Below, piece after piece: positions 18,870 through 27,701 of a stretch of DNA of 64,000 bases. The stretch is taken from positions 387,323 to 451,322 of the forward strand of contig CBDETO010000005.1 in NCBI GenBank assembly GCA_965243065.1, written 5' to 3'. The DNA comes from Bdellovibrionales bacterium (GTDB lineage Bacteria > Bdellovibrionota > Bdellovibrionia > Bdellovibrionales > UBA1609). Numbering within the stretch: the first letter of the stretch is position 1; each line of letters opens with the position of its first letter. A program made the position numbers and the translations under genes. The notes under the pieces are model-generated. The model saw nothing but the letters and a program-made list of their open reading frames with translations, was not told the origin of the DNA and ran no database searches.

Positions 18870-19547
18870 ATGTCTGAGAAAAAAACTTTGGAGTTTGAAG
18901 TCTATTTTAGAAAGCCAGGTAGTTCCCTCTCCCGACAACTAAGAAAAAAGCAGCTTATTCCTGCTGTTGTGTACGGTCCTGGGCAAAAATCCATGGCTTT
19001 ATCTTTGGATATTCGGTCTGTGGAAAAGTACGCTAAAAAGGAATATGAAAATAAAATATTTACTTTTAAATCAGATGAAAAAGATTTGAATGGTTTAAAA
19101 GTGTTAAAAAAAGATATTAGCTATGATAAGGTGACACGAAACCCTTTGCATATAGATTTTCTTTCATTGGATATGGCTAAAGCTGTTCGTGTTAATGTGG
19201 AAGTGCATTTCACTGGTAAATCAAAAGGGGTTAAAGAGTCTGGCGGTGTGTTTAATATCATTCGCAGAAATGTGGAAGTGGAATGTTTTCCATCGGAAAT
19301 TCCAGAATCTTTTTCCATAGATATAAGTTCTTTGGACATTAACCAGAACTTTCATGTGTCTGATTTAAAAGTGCCAGAAAACATTAAGTTGATTACCAGT
19401 CCTCAGGCTTCTCTTTGTATGGTGAGTGAAATTGCAGAAGAGGAAAGTAAGGCGGAGGAAGCGGATGAGTCGGCTCCTGCCTCTACTGGATCTGCGGAGA
19501 GTGCCAGCAAAGGTGGTAAAAAAGAGGATAGTGCAGCTAAAAAATGA
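18870..19547 (+). CDS. rplY: 50S ribosomal protein L25 / general stress protein Ctc (long form)
   Basis: LRKKQLIPAVVYG..., HIDF... and a C-terminal acidic/Lys tail. It is in prs-ctc-pth synteny. Confidence 0.9.
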   Translation: MSEKKTLEFEVYFRKPGSSLSRQLRKKQLIPAVVYGPGQKSMALSLDIRSVEKYAKKEYENKIFTFKSDEKDLNGLKVLKKDISYDKVTRNPLHIDFLSLDMAKAVRVNVEVHFTGKSKGVKESGGVFNIIRRNVEVECFPSEIPESFSIDISSLDINQNFHVSDLKVPENIKLITSPQASLCMVSEIAEEESKAEEADESAPASTGSAESASKGGKKEDSAAKK

Positions 19548-20233
19548 AATTAATTGTGGGCCTGGGAAATCCAGGAAAAAAATATCTTTTAACTCCTCAC
19601 AATATTGGTTGGATAGTTTTAGATGCTTTGGCTTGTCATTGGGATCTTAAGTGGCGTGCTAAAACAAAACTTCAATCTCAAGTCACTTCTGTTGAGCAAA
19701 AAAATATTTTACTTGTGAAACCTCTTACATATATGAACCTCTCGGGATCTGCCATTAAGAATATAATACATTACTATAAGATAAATCTGGATGATGTTTT
19801 GGTCATCCATGATGATACAGACCTTCCTTTTTTATCTCTTCGTTTTCATAAAAACCGAGGCCCGGCTGGCCATAATGGGCTGAAGAGTATTAATAAAGAG
19901 TTGGGAAGCCAAGATTATGCTAGAATGAGGGTTGGGATGGGACACAATACGATACCCTTTGATAAACAACAAAAGGAGCAAGAATCGGCTGTCAAAAAAA
20001 GTGCTAATAAAAAAAAATCAGGCTGGTTACCTTCCTTACCAGCTATAAAAATAGCTGGTGTGTCGTTTCCTATAAACCCCATTGCTGGACAAAGACTGGT
20101 GTTAAAGCCTTTTACAAAAGAGGAACAGAAACAGTTACCAAATTTTTTAAGTAAATCTATTGAAGCCATTGAGTATTTTTTATCAGAAGGACTGGAGAAG
20201 TCCGCCAATCGCTACAACTCCGAAGCTTTATAA
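19544..20233 (+). CDS. pth: peptidyl-tRNA hydrolase with ~45-aa internal insertion
   Basis: MKLIVGLGNPG..., the YMNLSG and HDD motifs, and GHNGLKS. It has an ATGA overlap with rplY. Confidence 0.9.
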   Translation: MKLIVGLGNPGKKYLLTPHNIGWIVLDALACHWDLKWRAKTKLQSQVTSVEQKNILLVKPLTYMNLSGSAIKNIIHYYKINLDDVLVIHDDTDLPFLSLRFHKNRGPAGHNGLKSINKELGSQDYARMRVGMGHNTIPFDKQQKEQESAVKKSANKKKSGWLPSLPAIKIAGVSFPINPIAGQRLVLKPFTKEEQKQLPNFLSKSIEAIEYFLSEGLEKSANRYNSEAL

Positions 20234-20280
20234 AAAGAATGATATTTTAGTGTGGAGATCAGATCAGAGGAGTATAACAA

Positions 20281-21378
20281 ATGAAATGTGGTATTATCGG
20301 GCTTCCGAATGTAGGGAAGAGCACTTTATTTAATTGTCTAACTTCTTTAAGGGTGTCGGCAGAGAATTACCCGTTTTGTACTGTTAATCCTAATATTGGG
20401 CGGGTGAATGTTCCCGATTTACGCTTGACGAAACTAGCTCGTATTTTTGAACCGGAAAAAGTCACTCCAACCAGCATAGAGTTTGTGGATATTGCCGGTC
20501 TCCTACCTGGGGCGCATAAAGGAGAAGGCTTGGGTAATCGCTTCCTTAGTCATATCAGGGAGGTGGATGCTTTAATTCATGTTGTGCGGGTGTTTAGGGA
20601 TAAAAATATTTCTCATGTGCAAGGTGATGTTGATCCTATTCGGGATATTCAATTAATTGAGACAGAATTGCTTTTAGCAGATGTGGAATCTTTAGAAAAT
20701 AAAAAAGAAAAACTCATTAAGTTATCTAAAGGGTCAAAAGAGAAGGAACTAAAAATAGAATTGTCTTTAACGGAAAAACTATTGCGATTATTGTTGGATG
20801 AGGAAACCCCAGCCCTTCAATATAAACCGGAAAAAGAGGAAAAAATACATTTTCGGAATCTGCGGTTATTAACATCTAAACCCTGTCTTTATATATGTAA
20901 TGTGGATGAATCTTTTAATGAAATAGACGATTCACAATCTCTCATTAAAGGTATTAAAGATAAATATGGTTCTAATGTCGTATTGTCTATTTGCGCTTCT
21001 TTAGAAGCACAGATTGCTGAGTTGGACTCAGAAGAGGAAAAGCAAGAATTTTTAACTACTTTAAATTTAGCAGAGTCGGGTTTAAGTCGTTTAATTAAAT
21101 GCTCTTACCGAAGGCTCAATCTTATTACTTTTTTTACGGCTGGTAAAAAAGAGGTGCGTGCCTGGACTGTTTCAAAAGGCAGTTCAGCACCTATCGCTGC
21201 CGGTAAAATCCACAGTGATTTTCAAAAAGGCTTTATTCAAGCAGAAGTTTATTCTTTCGCGGATATGCAGACAGCCTTATCAGAAAAAGTGCTGAAAGAA
21301 TCGGGTAAATACAGACAGGAAGGAAAAGAATATATTGTCCAGGATGGAGATATTATGTTGTTTCGTTTTTCCTTATAA
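20281..21378 (+). CDS. ychF: ribosome-binding ATPase YchF (Obg-like)
   Basis: GLPNVGKSTLFN P-loop, DIAGL, and the C-terminal TGS-like ...IHSDFQKGFI...GKEYIVQDGDI. Confidence 0.95.
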   Translation: MKCGIIGLPNVGKSTLFNCLTSLRVSAENYPFCTVNPNIGRVNVPDLRLTKLARIFEPEKVTPTSIEFVDIAGLLPGAHKGEGLGNRFLSHIREVDALIHVVRVFRDKNISHVQGDVDPIRDIQLIETELLLADVESLENKKEKLIKLSKGSKEKELKIELSLTEKLLRLLLDEETPALQYKPEKEEKIHFRNLRLLTSKPCLYICNVDESFNEIDDSQSLIKGIKDKYGSNVVLSICASLEAQIAELDSEEEKQEFLTTLNLAESGLSRLIKCSYRRLNLITFFTAGKKEVRAWTVSKGSSAPIAAGKIHSDFQKGFIQAEVYSFADMQTALSEKVLKESGKYRQEGKEYIVQDGDIMLFRFSL

Positions 21379-21438
21379 GTCTGTAAACCATCTAAACGCC
21401 AGTCCTGTCATTCATCCTCGCGCCAGCCCTGTCATTCC

Positions 21439-21490
21439 TGTAAATGTTCACAAATTCGCTGATAAAATAACTTCTCCAGGAGAGAATAGG
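21439..21490. repeat. truncated MITE left end
   Basis: TGTAAATGTTCACAAATTCGCTGATAAAA...CCAGGAGAGAATAGG, abutting the 62-bp tandem array. Confidence 0.7.
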
Positions 21491-21601
21491 ATTTAGAAGA
21501 GTGGTAAATTTATCATAGTTTTCCTGAAGTTCACCGTTTTCCTGAAGTTCGCCAAATAAAACCCTTTGGGTTTAGAAGAGTGGTAAATTTATCATAGTTT
21601 T
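21491..21601. repeat. 62-bp-unit tandem repeat array (part left of IS1634)
   Basis: Units read TTTAGAAGAGTGGTAAATTTATCATAGTTTTCCTGAAGTTCGCCAAATAAAACCCTTTGGG and contain the palindrome AAACCCTTTGGGTTT. Confidence 0.8.
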
Positions 21602-23531
21602 CCCGACTTCGACACAACACGATGCAATAAATGAGTAATCTTATATACTTATGATTCTCTGGTGCCACACATTTTTAAGATTATGTTAAGAAATAGGGGT
21701 TATCTGAGAGACTCTTTTAAGATTAAAAGCCTCATATATTTGCTTTATCGGTTCACTGTACTTAGATGGCATACGGTAAAGCTTTTTATGAGCATCCTCT
21801 ATAAGTGAGTATTGATCCCTCTTTAAAACCTCTCTCATCTTCTGTAGGCTGAACTTAAGCCCCCTTTGCTCCATACGATGCTTCATCGTATAGGAAAGGG
21901 AGTAAGCTAAAAAACATATTGCTATATGCGCCTGTATCCTCTTTTTTTTCCAATGATAGACGGGTCTCATTTTAAGGCTGTGTTTGCACACACGAAAAGC
22001 TTCCTCTATCTTCCAAAGTTGTCTGTAACGGGTTAAGAGTGCATGAGCAGACTGATTATCTATGTTGGTTATCACTCCATGAAGACCATCCCACCTGCTG
22101 TCCTCTTCTATCTTTTGCTCATTTAAGCGGGCCTTGGTCCTTTCCACTGTGATGTATTTTTTAGTTCCATAATTACTGATAAGGCTTTTTATAGGTATCC
22201 TATTGTTTTTTACCTTTTTCATAAGACGATCAATGAGCTTTTGTCTGTCACTTTTGCTCTTCTTAGCTCTCCTCTGGGAGTAACTCACTATGAGCCTTCT
22301 TTGTTTATGCTCAAGCTCCTTTACCCATTGAAACTCCTGTGCGACGGAAGCCTCCTGCCTATACTCCTCACTTAATATCTCCTCTCTTTTGGCTTTAGGA
22401 AGAGACTTTATCTTAGCCGCCACCACATACTGAAGACCCTCCTCTTCCATAAGCTTAAGGTTTTGCTCATTAAACATAGCTCTATCCGCCACAATAACAG
22501 CCTTGTTGACGGTAAATCTTTGTTTTAGTTTTTTGATGACGGTAATAAGGGTGTTCCCCTCAGAAGTTCTGCCAGGAAAAAGCTCATAACTTAAAGGATG
22601 ACCCTCTTGATTAGTGACCAAAGCCAATACCACTTGAGTCTGGTTAAACTTCAAATCCTTACTAAAACCAAACTGCCTTATGTCATCTTCATCAAAACTT
22701 TCAAAGTAAAGAGTTGTTACATCAAAAAACAACACATCCACTTCTTGGTTAAAAAGACTTAAAGTGTTCTTGGCCACTAGGTCCTTTACTTTAGCTATGT
22801 TAGGATGAAGACGATCCATCATCCGATACATCTTCTCTAAAGGGACTGTTTCGTTATAATCCTCTCGTAAGGTCTCCACTGTCTTTCTTTTAGAATCAGG
22901 ATGAGCTATACGGGAGAGCACACAGCACTTTAAAATATCATTCCATTGCTCATCTTTTCTAGTACCTTCTATAATGGTATGGAACTTAAGTTGCTCATAC
23001 ACAGCCCCACACACGCCCTTAATGCCATAGTGCACTCTCTCCTTCTCTCTGGGGCTTTTTAGAGAAAAAATAGAAAGAGGCTTCGTTTTTTTCTTCTTCT
23101 TAAGTTTAGACTCAGACTTCTTATTTACATACTCAGGTTCTTTGCTGTAAATGATCTTTTCCATACCTGGTAAAACAGGCTGCCTTTCGTTACTAAGCTT
23201 TACAAGAATCTCCCCAGCGGCCTTCTCTAAAGCTCTTATCCCTTCCTGTGTTTTAGAACTACCTACACAATGCAGAGTTTTTTGAATCACCTTATCTTGG
23301 TGTCGTACGGACTCCATAACACGCACAAAAGAAGAACCATTGGGTTTTTTAGTGACTTTGATGAACATGCTTTTACTGTGTCAGAACAGATAAGAGAAGT
23401 AAATAGGGCCAGTGCCACACAACCTTTATTTTGGGGGTATTTTAACTATCAAAAGTAACCAAAAACACATCTACTCAACCTAAAAACTATCAAAATATTT
23501 TTTTAACCCATAGTGTTGTGTCGAAGTCGGG
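21602..23531 (-). mobile_element. IS1634-family (IS4-like) insertion sequence, ~1.93 kb
   Basis: Terminal inverted repeats are CCCGACTTCGACACAACAC (21602-21620) and GTGTTGTGTCGAAGTCGGG (23513-23531). A perfect 41-bp direct repeat abuts both ends (21561-21601 = 23532-23572). Confidence 0.85.
21686..23368 (-). CDS. IS1634-family DDE transposase
   Basis: 560 aa. The N-terminus MFIKVTKKPNGSSFVRVMESVRHQDKVIQKTL is typical of the IS1634/IS1549 group, and the C-terminal third is DDE-like. Confidence 0.8.
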   Translation of the reverse strand: MFIKVTKKPNGSSFVRVMESVRHQDKVIQKTLHCVGSSKTQEGIRALEKAAGEILVKLSNERQPVLPGMEKIIYSKEPEYVNKKSESKLKKKKKTKPLSIFSLKSPREKERVHYGIKGVCGAVYEQLKFHTIIEGTRKDEQWNDILKCCVLSRIAHPDSKRKTVETLREDYNETVPLEKMYRMMDRLHPNIAKVKDLVAKNTLSLFNQEVDVLFFDVTTLYFESFDEDDIRQFGFSKDLKFNQTQVVLALVTNQEGHPLSYELFPGRTSEGNTLITVIKKLKQRFTVNKAVIVADRAMFNEQNLKLMEEEGLQYVVAAKIKSLPKAKREEILSEEYRQEASVAQEFQWVKELEHKQRRLIVSYSQRRAKKSKSDRQKLIDRLMKKVKNNRIPIKSLISNYGTKKYITVERTKARLNEQKIEEDSRWDGLHGVITNIDNQSAHALLTRYRQLWKIEEAFRVCKHSLKMRPVYHWKKKRIQAHIAICFLAYSLSYTMKHRMEQRGLKFSLQKMREVLKRDQYSLIEDAHKKLYRMPSKYSEPIKQIYEAFNLKRVSQITPIS

Positions 23532-23605
23532 ACCCTTTGGGTTTAGAAGAGTGGTAAATTTATCATAGTTTTCCTGAAGTTCGCCAAATAAAACCCTTTG
23601 GGTTT
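23532..23605. repeat. 62-bp-unit tandem repeat array (part right of IS1634)
   Basis: Same unit as 21491-21601. Confidence 0.8.
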
Positions 23606-23667
23606 AAATCTGGTATGGATTTTGCATAGCTTATTTTTAAAAAACTATGATACTATAAAGAAAGGAG

Positions 23668-24321
23668 ATGAAGATGAGTAAATCCATAATATCACCAGCA
23701 GATGAGATTTGGGCACTTATAAAAGAGACTCAAAGAAATTTAGAGCGGTTTTCGGCAGAAGCAGAGAAGCGGCAAGCAGAAGCAGAGAAGCAAAGGGCAG
23801 AGGAAAAGAAGCAGCAGGCTAAGCGATGGGCTGAAGCAGAGAAACGTAGTGCTGAAATAGATCGGCAGATACAAAAAATAGGGGGCCGTTTTAATGAACG
23901 ATGGGGAGCTTTAGTGGAGTCTTTAGTTGAGGGAAAGCTGGTAAAGATTTTTCAAGGTCATGGGATAGATATAACACAAACTCATACTCGTTCTAAATCA
24001 GAGTGGAGAAAACCGGATGGTCGTATTAAAAGACGGGAGTTTGATATTATTGTGGCTAATGGAACAGAGGTTGTGGTTGTAGAAGTAAAAACCACTTTAG
24101 TTCCTAAAGATGTTACTGTTTTTTTAGAAACACTTAGGGATTTTAGAAATTACTTTCGAAGATATAAGACGGAAATCATCTATGGGGCGGTAGCCTATCT
24201 AGCCAGTGAGAGTAGGGCGCATTTGCTTGCGGAGGAAGAGGGTTTATTTCTTATCCGAGCTACAGGGGACAGTGCCAGCCTGGTTAATAGAAAAGACTTT
24301 AAACCCAAAGCTTTTAGCTGA
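23668..24321 (+). CDS. coiled-coil + PD-(D/E)XK nuclease-fold protein (DUF3782-like), paralogue B
   Basis: 217 aa. The 5' leader, the first 14 codons and the last ~150 codons are nearly identical to 10198-10827. The coiled-coil segment is unrelated in sequence. Confidence 0.5.
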   Translation: MKMSKSIISPADEIWALIKETQRNLERFSAEAEKRQAEAEKQRAEEKKQQAKRWAEAEKRSAEIDRQIQKIGGRFNERWGALVESLVEGKLVKIFQGHGIDITQTHTRSKSEWRKPDGRIKRREFDIIVANGTEVVVVEVKTTLVPKDVTVFLETLRDFRNYFRRYKTEIIYGAVAYLASESRAHLLAEEEGLFLIRATGDSASLVNRKDFKPKAFS

Positions 24322-24423
24322 AGAATCATTTTTCAGTGTGGAGCTGATCTCCATAGATCTGTCATTCCTGTAAAGCTTGAACTTTGTCATTCCCGCGCAA
24401 GCGGGAATCTCATTGCTCTTGCT

Positions 24424-24454
24424 CTTCAGTAGAGAATAGAGAGCAAAAGACTCA
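24424..24454. repeat. PAL repeat, left arm (interrupted by IS110-type element)
   Basis: CTTCAGTAGAGAATAGAGAGCAAAAGACTCA, then unrelated IS sequence. Confidence 0.8.
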
Positions 24455-24856
24455 CCTATGGAAAAAGTAATGTCAAGAGTATAGTATCCCATTCGCAAAC
24501 AAAACATCTTCTTGCGTTACGGTCTCCTGAAGGAAGGGCATAACACCTTATCAATACCACTCATCAATCAATCACTCGCTCACCTTACTTTATTGTCTCA
24601 AAAAAATGAATCAGTATCTTCACATTCACCTATCCAAACTCTTACTGTATAACAGCAGGTTATAATAAATTTGGAAAAATAGAGCAGAGGCTAATCAAAC
24701 ATTAGACTGTAACTATGTTACCTCTGTTTTTATGGTAATCATAGTCCGTCACTGAGCCTTAAGCTTTCTTCTGCTCATTTCCAGGAGAGCTTTCTTACTC
24801 TTTAGCTTCTTTGATAAAGTATAAAAAAACTTTATATACCCAACCTGAAAATCTGA
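24455..24856 (-). ncRNA. candidate IS110-family guide (bridge/seek) RNA region; hypothesis only
   Basis: This is 402 nt of non-coding DNA 3' of the transposase inside the IS, which is the IS1111-like layout. It contains CTGAGCCTT (24752-24760), the reverse complement of the PAL consensus AAGGCTCAG that abuts the insertion point. No structure was computed. Confidence 0.25.
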
Positions 24857-25864
24857 TTACTTTTTGTTTTTCTCTCTCAACTCCTTCTCCCTTCTATTAG
24901 GATCATATTTTTTACCACTTTTTAATACTCCGTAAACTAAAATAGCTAACTTCCTACTGACATTATGTTTTGCCATTAAGGCTGGTTTTTTCTCTATATA
25001 ATACTCATAAAGACCTTTTAAAGAATTATTACATCTATTCTGTGTTACACTATGAGAGGCCATTTTAAATATCTGTTTAAGTGGACGATAACACCTAGAA
25101 AATTTCCTTCCATAACTTCTTCCCCCACTTATCTTCTCATGCTTGATTAAACCACAGTAACTTAAAAAATGTCCCTTGCTTGGGAAACGACCTATATCCA
25201 CTACAGCAGCCATGATCTGCACTGCATGAATGTCACTGATCCCTGGAATACTCTTTAATAACCTCATCTCTTTGTGTTTCATCGAAAGCTTTTTAAACTC
25301 CTTAATATACTCCCCCTTCACCTTCTCATGTAGAGCCAGTAACTGCTTTGAACGAAATAATACAAAATCATCACAAGCAGGAACTGGAGAAAACTCATCT
25401 TTCTTATGATCTAAACCCACAGAAGCAAAAACAGCACTCCTCTGGTTCTTTAAACGAACTATACTTTTTACAACATCATTGTAGCCACTAACCAGTTTCC
25501 TTAAATATATAAAATCTTTCCCACTATGATATACTTCCTTCAATAATCCCGCCTGACTTAAACGCACTAACTTTGTAGCATCTATCTTGTCATTTTTGGC
25601 CCCCTCGGACAGAAGCCTATTACGATAAGGGTCACATACTAAAAGCTTGTTGACGCAATATCTCAACTCTGAGTAAAGCCATTGGGAAGAAGTACTCTCT
25701 TCAAAAGTGAGGATTTTCTTTCCTTTCAGACTTTTTAGATAGTCTTTTAGATAAGAAATATTGCTGGGAATATCTTCTACATTCACTTTTTTACCTTTTT
25801 TTGTTACTCTGGCTATGGCCATATTGTTCTTTGACCAATCTAAAGCTATATAATGTTCATACAT
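24857..25864 (-). CDS. IS110-family (DEDD) transposase
   Basis: 335 aa. The N-terminal YIALDWSKNNMAIA is DEDD_Tnp-like. The C-terminal IPGISDIHAVQIMAAVVDIGRFPSKGHFLSYCGL is the Transposase_20 motif. Confidence 0.85.
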   Translation of the reverse strand: MYEHYIALDWSKNNMAIARVTKKGKKVNVEDIPSNISYLKDYLKSLKGKKILTFEESTSSQWLYSELRYCVNKLLVCDPYRNRLLSEGAKNDKIDATKLVRLSQAGLLKEVYHSGKDFIYLRKLVSGYNDVVKSIVRLKNQRSAVFASVGLDHKKDEFSPVPACDDFVLFRSKQLLALHEKVKGEYIKEFKKLSMKHKEMRLLKSIPGISDIHAVQIMAAVVDIGRFPSKGHFLSYCGLIKHEKISGGRSYGRKFSRCYRPLKQIFKMASHSVTQNRCNNSLKGLYEYYIEKKPALMAKHNVSRKLAILVYGVLKSGKKYDPNRREKELREKNKK

Positions 25865-25960
25865 AGGGTCTCCTCCTTTTTTAATATATTTTATATATTT
25901 ATTGACCTTCCTACTTTACATGCAGGAAAGAGTCTTGAGGAGACCTTCTTTTTCCATTTA

Positions 25961-26069
25961 TCAAACATGCGGTTTGCCACAGAGCAACCTTTGGTTGCTC
26001 TATGTCAAGCTTGTCCCCGCGAAAGCGGGGATCCGAACTCGCTTTTGCCCCCTATTCTCTCCTGAAGAG
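25961..26069. repeat. PAL repeat, right arm, with a nested CTTGTCCCCGCGAAAGCGGGGAT mini-hairpin
   Basis: TCAAACATGCGGTTTGCCACAGAGCAACCTTTGGTTGCTC...CCTATTCTCTCCTGAAGAG. Confidence 0.8.
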
Positions 26070-26148
26070 TCTATCTCTATCCTGCTTTGTATGTCATCCC
26101 CATAGCTAACGGGAAGCCATTTTGTCAGCGAATTTGTGAACATTTACA
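26070..26148. repeat. MITE right-end segment abutting the IS481-type element
   Basis: ...ATCTCTATCCTGCTTTGTATGTCATCCCCATAGCTAACGGGAAGCCATTTTGTCAGCGAATTTGTGAACATTTACA. Confidence 0.75.
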
Positions 26149-26171
26149 ATTCCCGCAAAGTATGTCATTCC

Positions 26172-27283
26172 TGTAAATGTTCACAAATTCGCTGACAAAA
26201 TTGAGTTTATAAGGGAGCGTTAGAAAGCTCTAAATAACCCAAGATAAGGAGGCGAGTTATGAGGGATAACACACAAGATAAGACCCTATACAGGAACTAT
26301 ATTAGTAAGTGGCAGTATATGATAAAAGACTATGAGTTAGTAAAGAGGAAGAAACATCCAAAGTTTCGATTTGTAAGTGATTTTTACAAATTCCATAAAA
26401 CTAATCGTCAGACTTTTTTAAAATACTATCATCGCTATTTAAGTCATCCTACAGAGGGGAGTCTTGTTCCTCGTAAGAGAGGTCCTAGATGGAGGTTAAG
26501 AAGGGGGGATAATAATAGCTATATTGAGCAGGAGGTGCTAAAACACAGGGAAAATGGTGTTAATAGATACGAGATGTGTCATATACTAAACCCTCTTCTT
26601 AAGCAAAGGGGAGAGGTTCCGATATCGGCTAGTACGGTATATCGTATATTCAGGAGGAAGGGGGTAAATAAGTTGAAGCCGAAGATGATAGAGAATAAGC
26701 GCAAGATAATAAAGGAGAAGGCGGGGGAGTTAGGTCACATAGACTGCCATCATTTGGGTAAGGACATGATAGTGAAGTCAGGGGGTAAGAGGTACTATTT
26801 GGTGTGTGTTATAGATGATTGCACGAGGATAGCTTGGGCTGAAGTGGTGGAGGATATAAAGAGTCTTACGGTGATGTTTTCGTGTTTAAAGATTTTTAAT
26901 GTATTGAGCAAGAAGTATAAGATGGAGTTTAAGGAGGTTATGAGTGATAATGGTTCAGAGTTTTCTTCTCGTAATAATCAGTTATCGCATCCGTTTGAGA
27001 GGATGTTGTTGGAGTTGGGGGTAAGGCATAGATATACAAGGCCGTATAGGCCACAGACGAATGGGAAGGTGGAGAGATTTTGGAGGAGTTTAAATGAGGA
27101 TTTAATAGAGGGGAGTGTATTTGAGACGATAGAGGAGTTCAAGGATGAATTGGAGCAGTATTTGATATACTATAATGAGTTTAGACCTCATCAGGGTTTG
27201 AATCAGAAAACACCTCGGCAAATGAATAACTCTTGTGAAAGAGTGAAGAAGTGATTTTGTCAGCGAATTAGTGAACACGTACA
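26172..27283 (+). mobile_element. IS481-family insertion sequence (~1.1 kb), likely master copy of the local MITEs
   Basis: The 29-bp IRs are TGTAAATGTTCACAAATTCGCTGACAAAA (26172-26200) and TTTTGTCAGCGAATTAGTGAACACGTACA (27255-27283). The flanks read GTCATTCC | IS | ATTCCCGCGGAAGCGGGAATCC, which suggests an ATTCC duplication within a hairpin repeat. Confidence 0.85.
26259..27254 (+). CDS. IS481-family transposase (rve integrase core)
   Basis: 331 aa with GHIDCHHLG, VIDDCTR, SDNGSEF and RPYRPQTNGKVERFWRSL (DDE triad context). Confidence 0.9.
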   Translation: MRDNTQDKTLYRNYISKWQYMIKDYELVKRKKHPKFRFVSDFYKFHKTNRQTFLKYYHRYLSHPTEGSLVPRKRGPRWRLRRGDNNSYIEQEVLKHRENGVNRYEMCHILNPLLKQRGEVPISASTVYRIFRRKGVNKLKPKMIENKRKIIKEKAGELGHIDCHHLGKDMIVKSGGKRYYLVCVIDDCTRIAWAEVVEDIKSLTVMFSCLKIFNVLSKKYKMEFKEVMSDNGSEFSSRNNQLSHPFERMLLELGVRHRYTRPYRPQTNGKVERFWRSLNEDLIEGSVFETIEEFKDELEQYLIYYNEFRPHQGLNQKTPRQMNNSCERVKK

Positions 27284-27701
27284 ATTCCCGCGGAAGCGGG
27301 AATCCAGTAGATGAACAAGACCCCCGCTTTCGCGGGGGTGACAATACTCCCGCAACGCTGTCATTACTCCCGCAACGCTGTCATTCCTGTACGCGCTCAC
27401 TTAGTTTTTAACAGGCTTTGAAGTGTCTTGTAATGTTTCTCTTTCTTTCCGTTCCCCGGAAGCGGGAACTAGTCGCTTCTGTATCAAGCTTGTTCTAGTA
27501 GAAACGGGGATCGAAACATTCAGTACCATAAGTATATCTTTTGTAAGCTCTATAAAATTCTTATGCTAAAGAAGTGAAAAGACTTTAAACACTTATGAAA
27601 TCTTTACACGGGATGTAAAAATCTCTTTTATTTTTAAATGAAATACTTTATACGCTATAGAAAAAGTAAGACCTAACGAAACATAAAAAGAGGAGATAAG
27701 A

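Larger units (their letters stand above)
24455..25960 (-). mobile_element. IS110/IS1111-type insertion sequence (~1.5 kb) inserted in a PAL repeat
   Basis: The boundaries are deduced from the interrupted PAL copy (left arm ends ...AAAAGACTCA at 24454; right arm resumes TCAAACATGCGGTTTGCC at 25961). There are no terminal IRs. A subterminal IR pairs GGTCTCCTGAAG (24521-24532) with CTTGAGGAGACC (25934-25945). Boundaries are good to within +/-3 bp. Confidence 0.75.
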
